Shown here: piece after piece, positions 1 through 11,159 of the stretch
Layout of the letters: each line of letters begins with the position of its first letter
How positions within the stretch are numbered: position 1 is the stretch's first letter
NCBI GenBank assembly: GCA_963850905.1
Contig: CAWKMU010000003.1
Coordinates: 3,008,001-3,072,000 of the forward strand
Reading direction: 5' to 3'
Length of the DNA: 64,000 bases
Source: an uncultured Gemmatimonadales bacterium
GTDB taxonomy: Bacteria; Gemmatimonadota; Gemmatimonadetes; Gemmatimonadales; Gemmatimonadaceae
Notes under the pieces: generated by a model
The model's input: the letters and a program-made list of their open reading frames with translations, nothing else
Database searches by the model: none
Told to the model about the DNA's origin: nothing
Made by a program: the position numbers and the translations under genes

Positions 1-224
1 CGCCTGCTGAGATGGATGACGATGGCGGCTTGCGGGATGTAGAACAACGCCATCGCAGCAAGCCAGAACGGGATCTGTGACTGCCCCAACTTGGCCGCCG
101 CTCCGACCCACGAGAGGCCGACCACATACATGATCTGAGTGAGGACGAGATCGCGGAGTCCAAGCTCCTTCCGCAGCGCAGCGCTCTGCGCTTCGACGCG
201 CTGGGACTCCGAGACCGTCGTCAC
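1..224 (-). CDS. APC-family amino acid permease, N-terminal part (runs off the window edge)
   Basis: Manual translation from GTG at 224: MTTVSESQRVEAQSAALRKELGLRDLVLTQIMYVVGLSWVGAAAKLGQSQIPFWLAAMALFYIPQAAIVIHLSR. 'LRKELGLRDL' followed by TM helices is a typical APC permease N-terminus. Confidence 0.8.
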   Translation of the reverse strand, partial: MTTVSESQRVEAQSAALRKELGLRDLVLTQIMYVVGLSWVGAAAKLGQSQIPFWLAAMALFYIPQAAIVIHLSR

Positions 225-424
225 TGCGACGTCACCGAGAATGAGGGTGTCCAGGGTTCAAGGTCGCGGGTCGAACCGCCCGCGACGGACGGGTCGTCGG
301 CTGGCGCACGGCGGAGAAACCATAGCCTAACACCGCCGGAAAGGCCAATCGCCTCCAGACTGCTCGACTGATGTGCAGAACGGGCGCATCGACTCAATGC
401 ACCCGCTCTACAGAACTCTCGCGG

Positions 425-553
425 TCACTTGGGGGTGCAACGCTCCCGCCCATCGGGGCGTGCGCCGTGCGTCGGCGCCCAGCTCGCCATGACAATCGCC
501 TGGGCGTGGTGCGCGATCATCCCCTGCATGAAGTGCAGGTCCTCCTTTGTGTG
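425..553 (-). pseudogene. DUF305 gene remnant
   Basis: HTKEDLHFMQGMIAHHAQAIVMASWAPTHGA aligns with YTKADIDFMTGMIAHHGQAITMAKWAPTHGA of the intact DUF305 at 19361, then reaches a stop at 425. Confidence 0.75.
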
Positions 554-880
554 GCCAAAAACCATCGCGACCGGCGCGTCCGAGGACGAGGCTCGTCCAC
601 GCGTTTTGCCGTTACAAAAAATGCACACCTCAGCCTTTCTGTTGAAGCGATCACGGCAATAACACCCGTGGCGGTTCCTCTGTACCGGCCGTCGCGCCAC
701 GGCGGGCCGCACCCGCGGCCCGCACCAATGAGGTAGCGGTTTTGTAACTGGAGGTCCGTGGCGTATTTCTCTTAGGTGGCGGCGGTAAGTGAGACCTGCG
801 GCGTATGGCACGCGGCGTGGTCCTTGGTTAGCTAGAGCGGACGTGCGGTTTGTCCGCTCTCACCCGGTGTGTAGAAATAC

Positions 881-2170
881 GTGCGAGTCCTGATGTTCGG
901 GTGGGAGTTCCCACCCAATGTGGCCGGGGGATTGGCTACGGCGACACTCGGGCTGGTAACCGGCTTACTCGAGTGCGGCGTGGACGTGACGATGGTGGTG
1001 CCGTTCCGCACGGACACGCCGTCGGCCCCCGCTGGTCTCCGTCTCATTCAGGCTCCCGAAGTCGAGACACGGCTAGCCGCACGTCTCTCCGTCCGACGGG
1101 TGGAGTCGGCACTCGTTCCCTACGGCACCGCGCGGTCCTATGCGGAGGCGATCGTGGGTATGTCCGACGTGCAGACGCTGCGCGCCGGACGAGGAATGGC
1201 CCACGTCTACGGACCGAATCTCTACACCGAAGTCGAGCGCTTTGCGGATGTCGCGGCGCAGATCGCGCGCGAAGAACCGCATGACGTGATCGATTGCCAC
1301 GACTGGATGACGTACGCCGCAGGGGTCCGGGCCCGCGCCACCTCCGGGCGGCCGTTCGTGGCCCACATCCACGCGACGGAGTTCGATCGATCACCGTTTG
1401 GGGCAAATCCGGCGATCGTGGACCGCGAACGCGCGGGCCTCCGTTCCGCGACACGAGTGGTGAGTAACAGCAGGGTGCTGAAGCGTCGGGTCGTGCAGGA
1501 GTACGGGGTGCCTGCCGATCACATCGACGTGGTTCACTGGGGAGTGGAACGGCGAGAGCCTCCTCCGGACATCCGCGAGCCGGGCCCATTTGGCAGCGCC
1601 GGTCCGGTCGTGCTGTTCGTGGGGCGGGTGACCCATCAGAAAGGACCGCGCTACTTCGTCGAGACCGCGCGTCGCGTGTCCGATTTCCTCCCGGCCGCCC
1701 GCTACATCGTCGCGGGCGAGGGCGATGAGCTGCCGGACACAATGATGCGCGCCGCCGAGCTGGGCATCGCAGACCGCGTGTTCTTCACCGGCGGACTCTC
1801 GCGGAGCGAGATCGAGCGGGTGTTCAGCTTCGCCGACATTTGCGTCATGCCCTCCGTCAGCGAACCCTTTGGCATTGTCGCGCTGGAGAGCCTCCGGAGC
1901 GGGATCCCCTGCATCGTCCCGCGGGACTCGGGTGCCGCCGAAGCACTCACCAATGTGCTGAGAGTCGATTTCTGGGATATCGATGAAATGACCAATCAAG
2001 TGGTCGCGCTGGCCCGCTATCCCGCGCTCCACAGCGAGCTCCGCTCTCGCGGCCTCGCCGAGCTGGCGTTGCCGCGCTTTACGCTCACGGAACCGGCCCG
2101 GTTGACGATCGCCTCATATGAGCGCGCGCTCGGCGCGCCGCGGCAGAACGGTGGCGACAACGGCGCTTGA
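881..2170 (+). CDS. GT4 family glycosyltransferase (glycogen synthase-like)
   Basis: N-terminal MFGWEFPP..GGL, HDWMT, HIHATE and C-terminal SVSEPFGIVALES (EX7E) motifs. Confidence 0.9.
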   Translation: MRVLMFGWEFPPNVAGGLATATLGLVTGLLECGVDVTMVVPFRTDTPSAPAGLRLIQAPEVETRLAARLSVRRVESALVPYGTARSYAEAIVGMSDVQTLRAGRGMAHVYGPNLYTEVERFADVAAQIAREEPHDVIDCHDWMTYAAGVRARATSGRPFVAHIHATEFDRSPFGANPAIVDRERAGLRSATRVVSNSRVLKRRVVQEYGVPADHIDVVHWGVERREPPPDIREPGPFGSAGPVVLFVGRVTHQKGPRYFVETARRVSDFLPAARYIVAGEGDELPDTMMRAAELGIADRVFFTGGLSRSEIERVFSFADICVMPSVSEPFGIVALESLRSGIPCIVPRDSGAAEALTNVLRVDFWDIDEMTNQVVALARYPALHSELRSRGLAELALPRFTLTEPARLTIASYERALGAPRQNGGDNGA

Positions 2171-2203
2171 CGCCGGCCGAGCGAAGCTATTACATGGCTC
2201 CCG

Positions 2204-4973
2204 GTGACCGTCCCGCCGGATGTTGACGGGCAGGCAGTACTCGCCGAAGCCCAACGCATAGCCCAAGATGCAAACCGCGAACGGAATTGGTCGCGGTGGG
2301 GGCCCTATCTGGCCGACCGCCAGTGGGGCACCGTGCGCGAGGACTACTCACCCGATGGGTCGTGCTGGACGTCCTTCCCGCATGACCACGCCCGCAGCCG
2401 CACCTATCGATGGGGTGAAGACGGTCTACTCGGGATCTGTGACCGGGAGTGCCGGCTGTGCTTCGCGCTGGCGTTCTGGAACGGTGTCGATCCGATTCTC
2501 AAAGAGCGCCTCTTCGGCCTGACGGGTCCGGAAGGGAATCACGGCGAGGACGTCAAGGAGTGCTACTACTACCTGGACGCGACGCCGACGGCGTCGTATC
2601 TGCGCGCGCTCTACAAGTATCCCCAGGACCCATACCCGTACAGCCCACTCGTCGAAGAAAACCGGCGCCGCTCGCGGCGCGAACCAGAGTACGAGCTGCT
2701 GGACACGGGCGTGTTCGACGCGGGACGCTACTTCGACATCACGGCGGAGTACGCCAAGGCGTCACCGGATGATATCCTCATTCGCATCACGATCGCGAAC
2801 CGCGGACCAGACGCCGCGACGATTCACGTTCTGCCCACGCTGTGGTTCCGGAAGACATGGGGATTCGCCCAGCGGGGCAGAGACTACGCCCCTCGTCCCG
2901 AGCTGCGGCTCGAAGCGCCGGATCGGGTGGCGACCGGCCATGAGACCCTCGGCAGCTTCCGGCTGATCGTCGACGAGGTCCCCGGCACCCAGGGAGTCTT
3001 TCCCGAGTTCCTCTTCACCGACAACGAAACGAATACAACGCGCGTGACCGGCGACGCGCCCACGCAGACGTACGTCAAAGACGCCTTCCACGAGCATTTG
3101 GTGAGCGGTCGTCGCGGACGTGGTGAACCCAGCGGGGACGGGGACCAAAACGGCGGCCGTCTACGTGCTGACGATTCCGCCTGGCGCGGAATCGGTCGTC
3201 CGCCTGCGGCTCGTCGCTGCCGACGAGGTGCCCTCTGATGCATTCGGGGATGACTTCACTCGCATCATCGCGTTGCGACATGCCGAGGCCGACGCGTTCT
3301 ACGACCACCACGTCGCGGCGGGGGCCACCGCGCAGGAGCGGGCGGTCGTGCGGCAGGCACACGCGGGTCTGCAGTGGAGCAAGCAATTCTACCATTATGT
3401 GGTGAGCACGTGGCTCGACGGCGACGGGCCGCGGCCGCCATCCCCTCAACGGCTGACCGGGCGAAACAGCGAGTGGCGTCACGTGCATTGCCGTGACGTC
3501 CTGTCGATGCCCGACAGCTGGGAGTATCCGTGGTTTGCGGCGTGGGATCTCGCGTTCCACGTGGTGGCACTCGGCCGAACCGATCCACACTTCGCGAAGC
3601 GGCAGATGCTGCTGCTCCTGCGCGAGTGGTACATGCACTCGAATGGGCAGATCCCGGCGTACGAGTTTGCCTTCGGCGACGTCAATCCGCCGGTCCACGC
3701 CTGGGCGTGCTGGCGCCTCTATAAGATGACGGCCCCTCGCGGACGTCGGGACACGGACTTCCTCGAGCGCGCGTTCCACAAGTTGCTCATCAACTTCACG
3801 TGGTGGGTCAACCGCAAGGACCTCGAGGGCAAGAACTTGTTCGCCGGGGGGTTCCTTGGGCTCGACAACATCGGCGTGTTCGATCGCTCCCGCCCATTGC
3901 CCACGGGCGGCCACCTCGAGCAAGCCGACGCGACGGCGTGGATGGCGTTCTATTGCACGACGATGCTCTCCATGGCACTCGAGCTGGCGCGCACTGACCG
4001 CGCGTACGAGGACGTTGCGTCGAAGTTCTTCGAGCACTTTGTGGCGATCTCGGGCGCGATGAATACGCTCGGCGGCACGGGCCTCTGGGATGAGCACGAC
4101 GGGTTCTACTATGACCAGTTGAATGTCGCTGGCGATCAACGATTGCTCCGCATTCGTTCGATGGTCGGCGTCATTCCCCTCTTCGCCGCCGAGTTGCTCG
4201 GCGACGCACTCGTCGAATCTCTCCCCGGGTTCGCGAAGCGGATGCGGTGGTTTCTCGACAATCAACCGGAGATGGCGCGCCTCATCGCCCACCACGAGCC
4301 TGTGAACGGCGTCGGAGGGTACCACCTGCTCGCGCTGCCGTCGCGCGACCAACTGGTGAGAGTCCTGCAGTATGTGTTGGACGAGGACGAGTTTCTGTCC
4401 GACTATGGCGTGCGATCGCTCTCTCGTGCGCATGCGGAGCGACCCTTCGTTCTGAAAGCGGATGGTCACGACTATCATGTCGCGTATGAGCCGGCCGAAT
4501 CGACCTCAGAGCTGTTCGGCGGCAACTCGAATTGGCGGGGCCCCATCTGGTTCCCGCTCAACTACCTGTTGATTGAAGCGCTGGAACGGTTCCACGCTTT
4601 CTATGGTGATACGTTGCAGGTCGAGTGTCCGACGGGTTCGGGGGTACGCATGCCGCTCGACCGGGTCGCGAAGGAGTTGGAACGCCGCCTGGTCTCGCTC
4701 TTCCTGCCCGACGAGCACGGCGTGCGGCCCGTACACGGCGCCGAATGGCGATACGCACAGGACCCGCATTGGCGGGACCTCATCCTGTTTTACGAGTACT
4801 TCGACGGCGACACGGGACGCGGCCTCGGAGCGAGCCACCAAACAGGGTGGACGGCGCTCGTGCTGCAGTCGATAGACAATCTCGCGAGGGGACGCATGCC
4901 TGGCGACGTTCTCCAACGCCGCTATACACCCGTCGCACCGGCCCCCGCGATTCCGGGTAAGCCTCTAGGGTGA
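2204..4973 (+). pseudogene. GH63/MGH1-like glycoside hydrolase (glucosidase), frameshifted near 3116
   Basis: Two overlapping ORFs (2204-3238, 3120-4973) carry [45 protein letters not shown] and GLGASHQTGWT. Removing one base near 3116 restores a continuous frame. Confidence 0.85.
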
Positions 4974-4986
4974 GAAGCAGAACGGT

Positions 4987-5108
4987 GGGGTCAGGGGTCA
5001 GGGGCTAGGGGTCGGGGAACTGCAACAAACATCGAAGCCCTGTCGCGGCGCTCTGTGGCTGGCCCCTGAGTTTGGTCCCTGACCCCTGACCCCAGGCCCC
5101 GGATCCCG
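4987..5108. repeat. Heptamer-arm (GGGGTCA) inverted repeat, probable bidirectional terminator
   Basis: ggggtcaggggtcaggggcta... paired with ...ccctgacccctgacccc between convergent genes. Confidence 0.7.
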
Positions 5109-5119
5109 CAGTTTGCCCC

Positions 5120-6076
5120 TCAATACCGATCCAGATCGTGTCCGACCGCGACCCGACCAGTGTAACCACCGCGTCGGATGCCGGCCACGAGAGCGCTGTC
5201 CGATGCGCCGTATCGCAGGATGTGGGTGAGCACGAGCAATTTGGGCTTCGCTCGGGCGGCGATTGCGCCAAGCTCGCTGTCTGACGTGTGAAACTGCCGG
5301 ATGTACGCAGGCCAGAGGTCCCCACCTGGGCGGGCCTCAGGGCGAATGTTCGCGCTGTAGTACACCTCGTGGACGAGGACATCGGCGCCGGTCGATGCGG
5401 CCGCGAGCGCCGGGGCCGGCCGGGTATCGCCGGAGACAACAATGACTCTGTGCGGCGTGTCGAACCGGTATCCGTACGCATGGGTCCAACTGCCGTGCAG
5501 CACGGGAATCGCCGTCACGCGGACGCCCGCACTGTCGTAGACCACTCCCGGCTTGATCTCGTGAACGACCACGCGATATCCATTCGCCGGTTCTCGTTCG
5601 AGCCCTTCCGTCCGGATGCGGATGTCTTCGGCGTACGCGGCAATGAGGTGATCGGTCATCGCCTGAAGGCCAGGTGGCCCATACACCGCGAGCGGGCGTC
5701 TCCGGCCCATGACCCAGGACGTCAAGATCAGATCAGGGTATCCAAGCGTGTGATCGCTGTGCAAATGCGTGATGAACGTCGCTTCCACGCCATTGATTGG
5801 GAGGCCGGCTGCGGCGAGTTGGCGCTCGACACCGGGGCCCGCATCCACGAGAAACACTCGCGACCCCACGACTATCGCCGTCGCGGGCCCAGAAGCTTTC
5901 GGGTCAGGACGGGGGAATCCGGTCCCAAGCAAGACGACGATGGCGCTATCGGCAGCAGGCGGTGCCCACACGGGGGCGCGTGCTCCAACGGCTGCCAGCG
6001 ACAAAGAGACGGTTGCGGCGACCGGGATCAGCATCCCCCACCGGCGGCCCGTCAAAACGGTGCGACGATTGCGCAT
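5120..6076 (-). CDS. MBL-fold metallo-hydrolase (RNase Z/arylsulfatase AtsA-like) with signal peptide
   Basis: LLGTG.P, VDAG.G, THLHSDH, SGDT, LVHE and LTH motifs; hydrophobic N-terminus. Confidence 0.85.
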   Translation of the reverse strand: MRNRRTVLTGRRWGMLIPVAATVSLSLAAVGARAPVWAPPAADSAIVVLLGTGFPRPDPKASGPATAIVVGSRVFLVDAGPGVERQLAAAGLPINGVEATFITHLHSDHTLGYPDLILTSWVMGRRRPLAVYGPPGLQAMTDHLIAAYAEDIRIRTEGLEREPANGYRVVVHEIKPGVVYDSAGVRVTAIPVLHGSWTHAYGYRFDTPHRVIVVSGDTRPAPALAAASTGADVLVHEVYYSANIRPEARPGGDLWPAYIRQFHTSDSELGAIAARAKPKLLVLTHILRYGASDSALVAGIRRGGYTGRVAVGHDLDRY

Positions 6077-6095
6077 CACCTCTACATTACCCCGA

Positions 6096-6575
6096 ATGTT
6101 GCTCCCCAACCGTACCCGAAATCCATTGCCGCGGCATGTTGGCTTGATTGCCGTGCTCGCGTCGGCGATCGCCATCGCGGCCTGCACCAGCACCACGACC
6201 TCGCCTCGAGTCGACGTTACGGGGTCGTGGACCCTTCAAGGCGTCTTCTACGCTGATTCAGATACCCTGCAGCTCACCGGATTGGTGATGAACCTGAGCC
6301 AGTCCGCAGGGGCATTCAGCGGACCCTACTCTGGCGCCGTGTTTTCCGTGTACGACTCCACATATCTCGCTCCCGCCTCAGGCACGGCCAGTGGACAGAT
6401 CGTATCGGGCACCACTACCGGGGCACTTGTCTATTTCTCGCTGGACACGGACAAGCAGCTCTTTCAAGGCGTGCTGACCGACAGCGCGATGTCTGGAAGC
6501 GGGACGATCATTCATACCGGTTCGAACGGGTCGGCGACGTTCAACGGCACTTGGACCGCAGAACGAACGAAATGA
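6096..6575 (+). CDS. Hypothetical lipoprotein
   Basis: Lipobox IAAC followed by a Thr/Ser/Gly-rich beta-type domain (DVTGSW...GTWTA). Confidence 0.65.
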   Translation: MLLPNRTRNPLPRHVGLIAVLASAIAIAACTSTTTSPRVDVTGSWTLQGVFYADSDTLQLTGLVMNLSQSAGAFSGPYSGAVFSVYDSTYLAPASGTASGQIVSGTTTGALVYFSLDTDKQLFQGVLTDSAMSGSGTIIHTGSNGSATFNGTWTAERTK

Positions 6576-6584
6576 TGCTCGAAG

Positions 6585-6659
6585 TTGGACGCTGGAGAAC
6601 CAACCTCGACGACCAGCATTGGCATGGCCCGCCTCGGGTTTGTTCTCTAAGGTCTAACA
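6585..6659. repeat. Imperfect inverted repeat of the GGACGCT/GAAC(A)AA family, probable terminator
   Basis: ttggacgctggagaac...tttgttctctaaggtctaac between convergent genes; resembles the element at 37310-37410. Confidence 0.5.
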
Positions 6660-7772
6660 TTACGTCCGTGCTGCTGTCGGCAATCGCTTTTTCGATATCT
6701 TGACCAACACGGTGTAATCGGGGTCGACGATCTGTATGATCGGCGCCTTCGCGTTCTGTGAGACGAACTGATACGCGTCGACATCGGAGAGGCCAGTCGT
6801 GTCGCGCACCCATTCCACCATCGCCTTGAACGCGATCCGTGCTGCATCTTCGAGCGGGCGGCCCGTGCCGACGAACATCACTTCGTCGGCGTTCTCGATG
6901 CGCGGAATCGCCGCGTATTTGCCTTTCACGACGTCCACGACCACCTCGACGTTCATGGCGCCCTCGATCGCTGCGCCCATGATCTCTCCGTCGCCCATGG
7001 CGTAATGGCCGTCACCAAACGACACGAGACCACCGGGCGCGTTGACTCCGAGGTACACCGTGTTGCCCGCGCGCACTTCCGGGCAGTCCATGTTGCCGCC
7101 GAAGGTACCGGGCCACAGCGTCGTCCGTACTTCACCTGCTGCGGGGGCAACTCCCAGACATCCGAGGAACGGCGCGAGCGGCACTTCCCACGCGAATTTC
7201 CCATTCTGAGAGGTTGAGCGAGCGACGCCTCGCTGGGCGTCGACTTCGTACCGCCACGTCGCCTCGGGAAAGCTCGGCCCGAGCATCGCGGTCTTGTCGG
7301 TGCCGACCAGCGCGCCGAAGCCCGGCGAAAAAGACGACACCGCCCAGGTGCGAGCCGGCTCCAACTTGACGAAATGAATGGCAAGACTGTCGCCCGGTTG
7401 TGCGCCTTCGACAAAGAACGGCCCCGTCTGCGGGTTGTCGTGGCCGGGCGGCATCACCTTTGACGGAAGGTCGGCCGGTGTCTTGACCAAGCCGTAGAAG
7501 CAGTCCTCGGTCCACGTGATGATCCGCGTGCCGGGCTGGATGTGCTGCAAGGGCTTGGCGCCGCCAAACGTAAAGACCAGCTCCTCGTGCTTTGGCGTCC
7601 AGCGGAGGACCGATCCGTTCTCGGGCGTCGCAACGGTACCGGCGGCCGTCGACGTGGTGGGGGTGGCGTCGGCCATGAGACTCCCGTCGCTTTGCTCCGT
7701 GCCTCGGCAGGCGGCGACTACGCCAAGAACACCAAGGGGGGCACGGACCACGAACTCCCTGCGTGTGTGCAC
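6660..7772 (-). CDS. Acetamidase/formamidase (FmdA/AmdA) family protein with Tat-type lipoprotein signal
   Basis: NPQTGPFFVEGAQPGD, GGNMD and GDGHYAMGDGE motifs; N-terminus TRREF...VAAC; GGAGA RBS before the GTG. Confidence 0.85.
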   Translation of the reverse strand: MHTRREFVVRAPLGVLGVVAACRGTEQSDGSLMADATPTTSTAAGTVATPENGSVLRWTPKHEELVFTFGGAKPLQHIQPGTRIITWTEDCFYGLVKTPADLPSKVMPPGHDNPQTGPFFVEGAQPGDSLAIHFVKLEPARTWAVSSFSPGFGALVGTDKTAMLGPSFPEATWRYEVDAQRGVARSTSQNGKFAWEVPLAPFLGCLGVAPAAGEVRTTLWPGTFGGNMDCPEVRAGNTVYLGVNAPGGLVSFGDGHYAMGDGEIMGAAIEGAMNVEVVVDVVKGKYAAIPRIENADEVMFVGTGRPLEDAARIAFKAMVEWVRDTTGLSDVDAYQFVSQNAKAPIIQIVDPDYTVLVKISKKRLPTAART

Positions 7773-7884
7773 GGTGCGGTCTCCGAGAGGGAAGTGATGC
7801 TCCAATATTGCATCAATGATCGGCTGCGGGCGGCCAATGCGCCATTGACGCCGTCCGGCTCTCACGCACCCACGAGCACCCGGG

Positions 7885-9033
7885 TCAGGGTGTCGGCAGA
7901 CGAAGCTCCGAGGGGTGGTGCGGGTTGCCACCAGACGGCGTCGCGATCACGTGGCTCGTGTCTGGGTGGGCGGGGTCGATCCATCGCATTTGGGTCGACG
8001 TTCCTGACTCGGAGACGAAGAGGATGCGCCCATCGCTCAGCCAGGCCGGCTCCCCTGCGGGGCTGGCTGTCGTCGTGATGGGCGCGACGGCGTCGGTCGC
8101 GACGGATAGCACGAAAATGCCGAGCGAGCCATTGCGAGTCGACGCGAACGCGATCGTCTGCCCGTCACTGCTCCACGCCGGGCTGAGATCGGTGGTCGTG
8201 CCCGTCGTGAGCGCGACTTCCTGAGTCGCACCCAGCGTAATGCGGACCAACGCGGGGTTGTTGAACTCGGTGCTCATTACGGCGACCGTGTCGCCGGCCG
8301 GAGACCACGTGGGGTTGCTCTGCAGCGCGCCTTGGAAAGCAGAGCTCCCGAGGACAACCGCCGCGCTGGTGCCATTGGCCGCCGAGGTCCAGAGATGATC
8401 GGTCCCGCCGGAGGGAGAGATGAACGCCAGCTTCATCCCGTCTCGCGACAGGGCGGCCTGAGACGCGGACGCCGGCGCGGCAGTGAGACGCGTCTCGGTG
8501 CCGCCGGTCACGGGCACGGTGTACAGGGCCGCGTAGCCATCGCGATAGCTGGTGAAGATCACCTGTGTCGGACTCGACGTGGGTTGCTCGTTGTCCGCCG
8601 TGGCTGACGTGAGCCGAGTGAGATCTCGACCATCTAGCGTCTCCCGGTACACGTCACGGTTCCCCAAACCACCGGAGTCTTGCAAATCGAAAACGACGGT
8701 TGGGGGCATCGCAACATGGAGGGGGAGGCCGGTCGTACTCGAGCGAAAGCGTGCCGTAATCGTGACGCCGCCCGTGTCCGTCAGCTGAGCAACACCCCCG
8801 GGAAGGATGGCGACCGCCGATGCGGGGCTCCCCGTCCAGACCACATCGCCCGTTGGCACCGGCATGCCACCCTGAAGCAGGGCGAGCGACAGCGTCGCCC
8901 CGCGCTCGAGGTAGCCAGTCGCCACGATTCGATAGGCGGGTGCCGTGGGATCCCCGCAGGCGCAAGCAGCGAGCGCCACCGTCGCGGCGATCCAATGGTG
9001 TGCCCGAGTGCTTCGAACGCTGTACCGGCTCAT
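7885..9033 (-). CDS. TolB-like PD40-repeat beta-propeller lipoprotein
   Basis: Repeats such as SPAWSSDGQTIAFAS, NPTWSPAGD and EPAWLSDGRILF; lipobox ACAC; Ig-like N-terminal segment. Confidence 0.8.
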   Translation of the reverse strand: MSRYSVRSTRAHHWIAATVALAACACGDPTAPAYRIVATGYLERGATLSLALLQGGMPVPTGDVVWTGSPASAVAILPGGVAQLTDTGGVTITARFRSSTTGLPLHVAMPPTVVFDLQDSGGLGNRDVYRETLDGRDLTRLTSATADNEQPTSSPTQVIFTSYRDGYAALYTVPVTGGTETRLTAAPASASQAALSRDGMKLAFISPSGGTDHLWTSAANGTSAAVVLGSSAFQGALQSNPTWSPAGDTVAVMSTEFNNPALVRITLGATQEVALTTGTTTDLSPAWSSDGQTIAFASTRNGSLGIFVLSVATDAVAPITTTASPAGEPAWLSDGRILFVSESGTSTQMRWIDPAHPDTSHVIATPSGGNPHHPSELRLPTP

Positions 9034-9199
9034 CGTATCGTCTCTGGCCCCTGACCCCACGGCCGCGAAGCGCCCGTCCCCGACCCGCGGCTCACTTTCC
9101 TAGTGAAGGACGGCCGAGCGTGGAAGCCGTGACGGCGCAGGGTCCCGTCGCTCGCCCGGGTGTCACGCAGACTGCGCAGGATGGTCCGCGTGAATAGAA

Positions 9200-10030
9200 T
9201 TGGTCGATGTGGAGTTCAGTGATCTCGATCTCGCTCGGCGGTTGGAACGGGCCGAAGCCGATGGCGGTGCCAGCTTTGTCGACGCGCGCAGGCGCCTGTC
9301 CCCTGATTGCGGTGCGCAGTGGATCGAGGTCGCCGGCGCGAAGGCGATGTTTGACGGCCCGACCTCGCCGATCACACAGACGTTCGGCCTTGGCCTCCAG
9401 GCGGATCCGACTGACAACGACCTTCGGCGTCTCGAAACCTTCTTCCAGGATCGGGGAGCGCCCGTCTGTCACGAAGTCAGCCCGCTCGCAGGCATACGGC
9501 TCGCTGGTCGCCTCTGCGACCGGGGCTATCGGCCAATCGAGGTCACGAGCGTCATGTACCAGCCGCTGCCCGCGTCCGACGCACCCGCTGCCGTCGCTGC
9601 GCTTCGCACGCGCGTCGTTGCGTACAGCGAAACGGGGCTCTGGTCCCAGCTGTCCGCGCGCGGCTGGTCCGAGCACCCGAACCTGCATGACTTCCTGCTC
9701 GGCATGGGCCAGGTCGCCGCAGTGAGCGTGGGATCGATCGCATTGCTCGCCGAGCTGGATGGCACGCCTGTGGCGACAGCCATCCTGAGATGCCATGACG
9801 GAGTCGCTCTGTTTGGCGGCGCATCGACCGTCCCGGAAGCGCGACGCCATGGCGCGCAGCAGGCTCTGCTCCATGCCCGCGTGGAGCTGGCGGTGCGGGA
9901 GGGCTGTGACCTCGCTATGATCTGTGCGGAACCCGGCAGCGCGAGTCAGCGGAACGCGGAGCGGCACGGATTCCGCATCGCCTACACGCGAACGAAGTGG
10001 CAGCTTCCACCCGGTGATCGCACCGCCTGA
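9200..10030 (+). CDS. GNAT family N-acetyltransferase
   Basis: C-terminal ASTVPEARRHGAQQALL and PGSASQRNAERHGF acetyl-CoA-binding motifs. Exact start uncertain (9200 or 9209). Confidence 0.8.
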   Translation: MVDVEFSDLDLARRLERAEADGGASFVDARRRLSPDCGAQWIEVAGAKAMFDGPTSPITQTFGLGLQADPTDNDLRRLETFFQDRGAPVCHEVSPLAGIRLAGRLCDRGYRPIEVTSVMYQPLPASDAPAAVAALRTRVVAYSETGLWSQLSARGWSEHPNLHDFLLGMGQVAAVSVGSIALLAELDGTPVATAILRCHDGVALFGGASTVPEARRHGAQQALLHARVELAVREGCDLAMICAEPGSASQRNAERHGFRIAYTRTKWQLPPGDRTA

Positions 10031-10135
10031 GTCAGGTGGCCGATCGTATCATTTCGCAGAAGTACCCCATCACATTCACCCCTCATCGAGGCGCTTCGGC
10101 TCCTGGCGTGCGGCAGGCGAGTGGAGCGTGTACAC

Positions 10136-11128
10136 ATGGAACGCGTCAAACTCGGGTCACAGGGTGCGGTCGTGTCGCGTATGGGACTCGGCTGCATGGG
10201 AATGAGTGAGTTCTACGGCCCACGCGACGACCGCGAGTCTGCGGCGACCATCCTCCGAGGCCTCGATCTGGGCATCACCTTCCTCGATACGGCCGACGCG
10301 TACGGCATCGGCGACAATGAGGAACTCGTCGGGAAGACGATTCGTGATCGGCGAGACGAGGTCTTTCTCGCGACGAAGTTTGCGAATATCCGCACGAAGG
10401 CCGATCCCACTCGCTGGGGGATCAGCGGCAAGCCAGAATACGTCCGCGCGGCGTGCGACGCCTCACTCAAGCGATTGGGGGTCGATCATATCGATCTCTA
10501 CTACCAGCACCGCGTCGATCCGGCCACGCCGATCGAGGAGACGGTCGGTGCGATGGCGGAGCTGGTGGCGGCCGGCAAAGTGAAGTACCTGGGTCTCTCG
10601 GAAGCGTCTGCTGCGACGATTCGGCGGGCACATGCCGTGCACCCCATTACCGCGCTGCAAACTGAATACTCCCTCTGGGAGCGGCACGTCGAAGCGGAGA
10701 TTTTGCCAACGGTGCGGGATTTGGGGATCGGGTTCGTCGCGTATAGCCCGCTCGGGCGGGGTTTCCTCGCCGGCCGGATCACCAAGCCGAGCGATCTCGC
10801 GGATAGCGACACCCGACCACAGCGCTTCCCTCGGTTTGCGGAAGGGGCGTTCGACAAGAATCGTGCGCTGGTGGACAGGTTGCAGACCGTTGCGACTCGC
10901 CGCGGCGTGACGGCCGGCCAGCTGGCCTTGGCGTGGCTCCTTGCTCGGGGACGCGACATTGTTCCCATCCCGGGCACCAAACGCCGTGCGTACCTCGAGG
11001 AAAACGCTGCCGCCGCCGACATCCAATTGACGTCCGCTCAGATTGGAGAGCTCGAGACGGCCGTGCCGGAGAAGGAGGTCGTGGGTCAGCGGTACCCCGC
11101 GCCCGCCATGCAGGCAATCGATCGCTGA
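10136..11128 (+). CDS. Aldo/keto reductase
   Basis: [32 protein letters not shown] and IPGT motifs. Confidence 0.95.
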   Translation: MERVKLGSQGAVVSRMGLGCMGMSEFYGPRDDRESAATILRGLDLGITFLDTADAYGIGDNEELVGKTIRDRRDEVFLATKFANIRTKADPTRWGISGKPEYVRAACDASLKRLGVDHIDLYYQHRVDPATPIEETVGAMAELVAAGKVKYLGLSEASAATIRRAHAVHPITALQTEYSLWERHVEAEILPTVRDLGIGFVAYSPLGRGFLAGRITKPSDLADSDTRPQRFPRFAEGAFDKNRALVDRLQTVATRRGVTAGQLALAWLLARGRDIVPIPGTKRRAYLEENAAAADIQLTSAQIGELETAVPEKEVVGQRYPAPAMQAIDR

Positions 11129-11159
11129 GGAGTGGCGAACCTTTCTGGGAGGATGACTC

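Noticed and set aside
806..821. Sigma54-like TGGCAC upstream of the GT4 gene
   Set aside because: No TTGC/GC at the -12 position.
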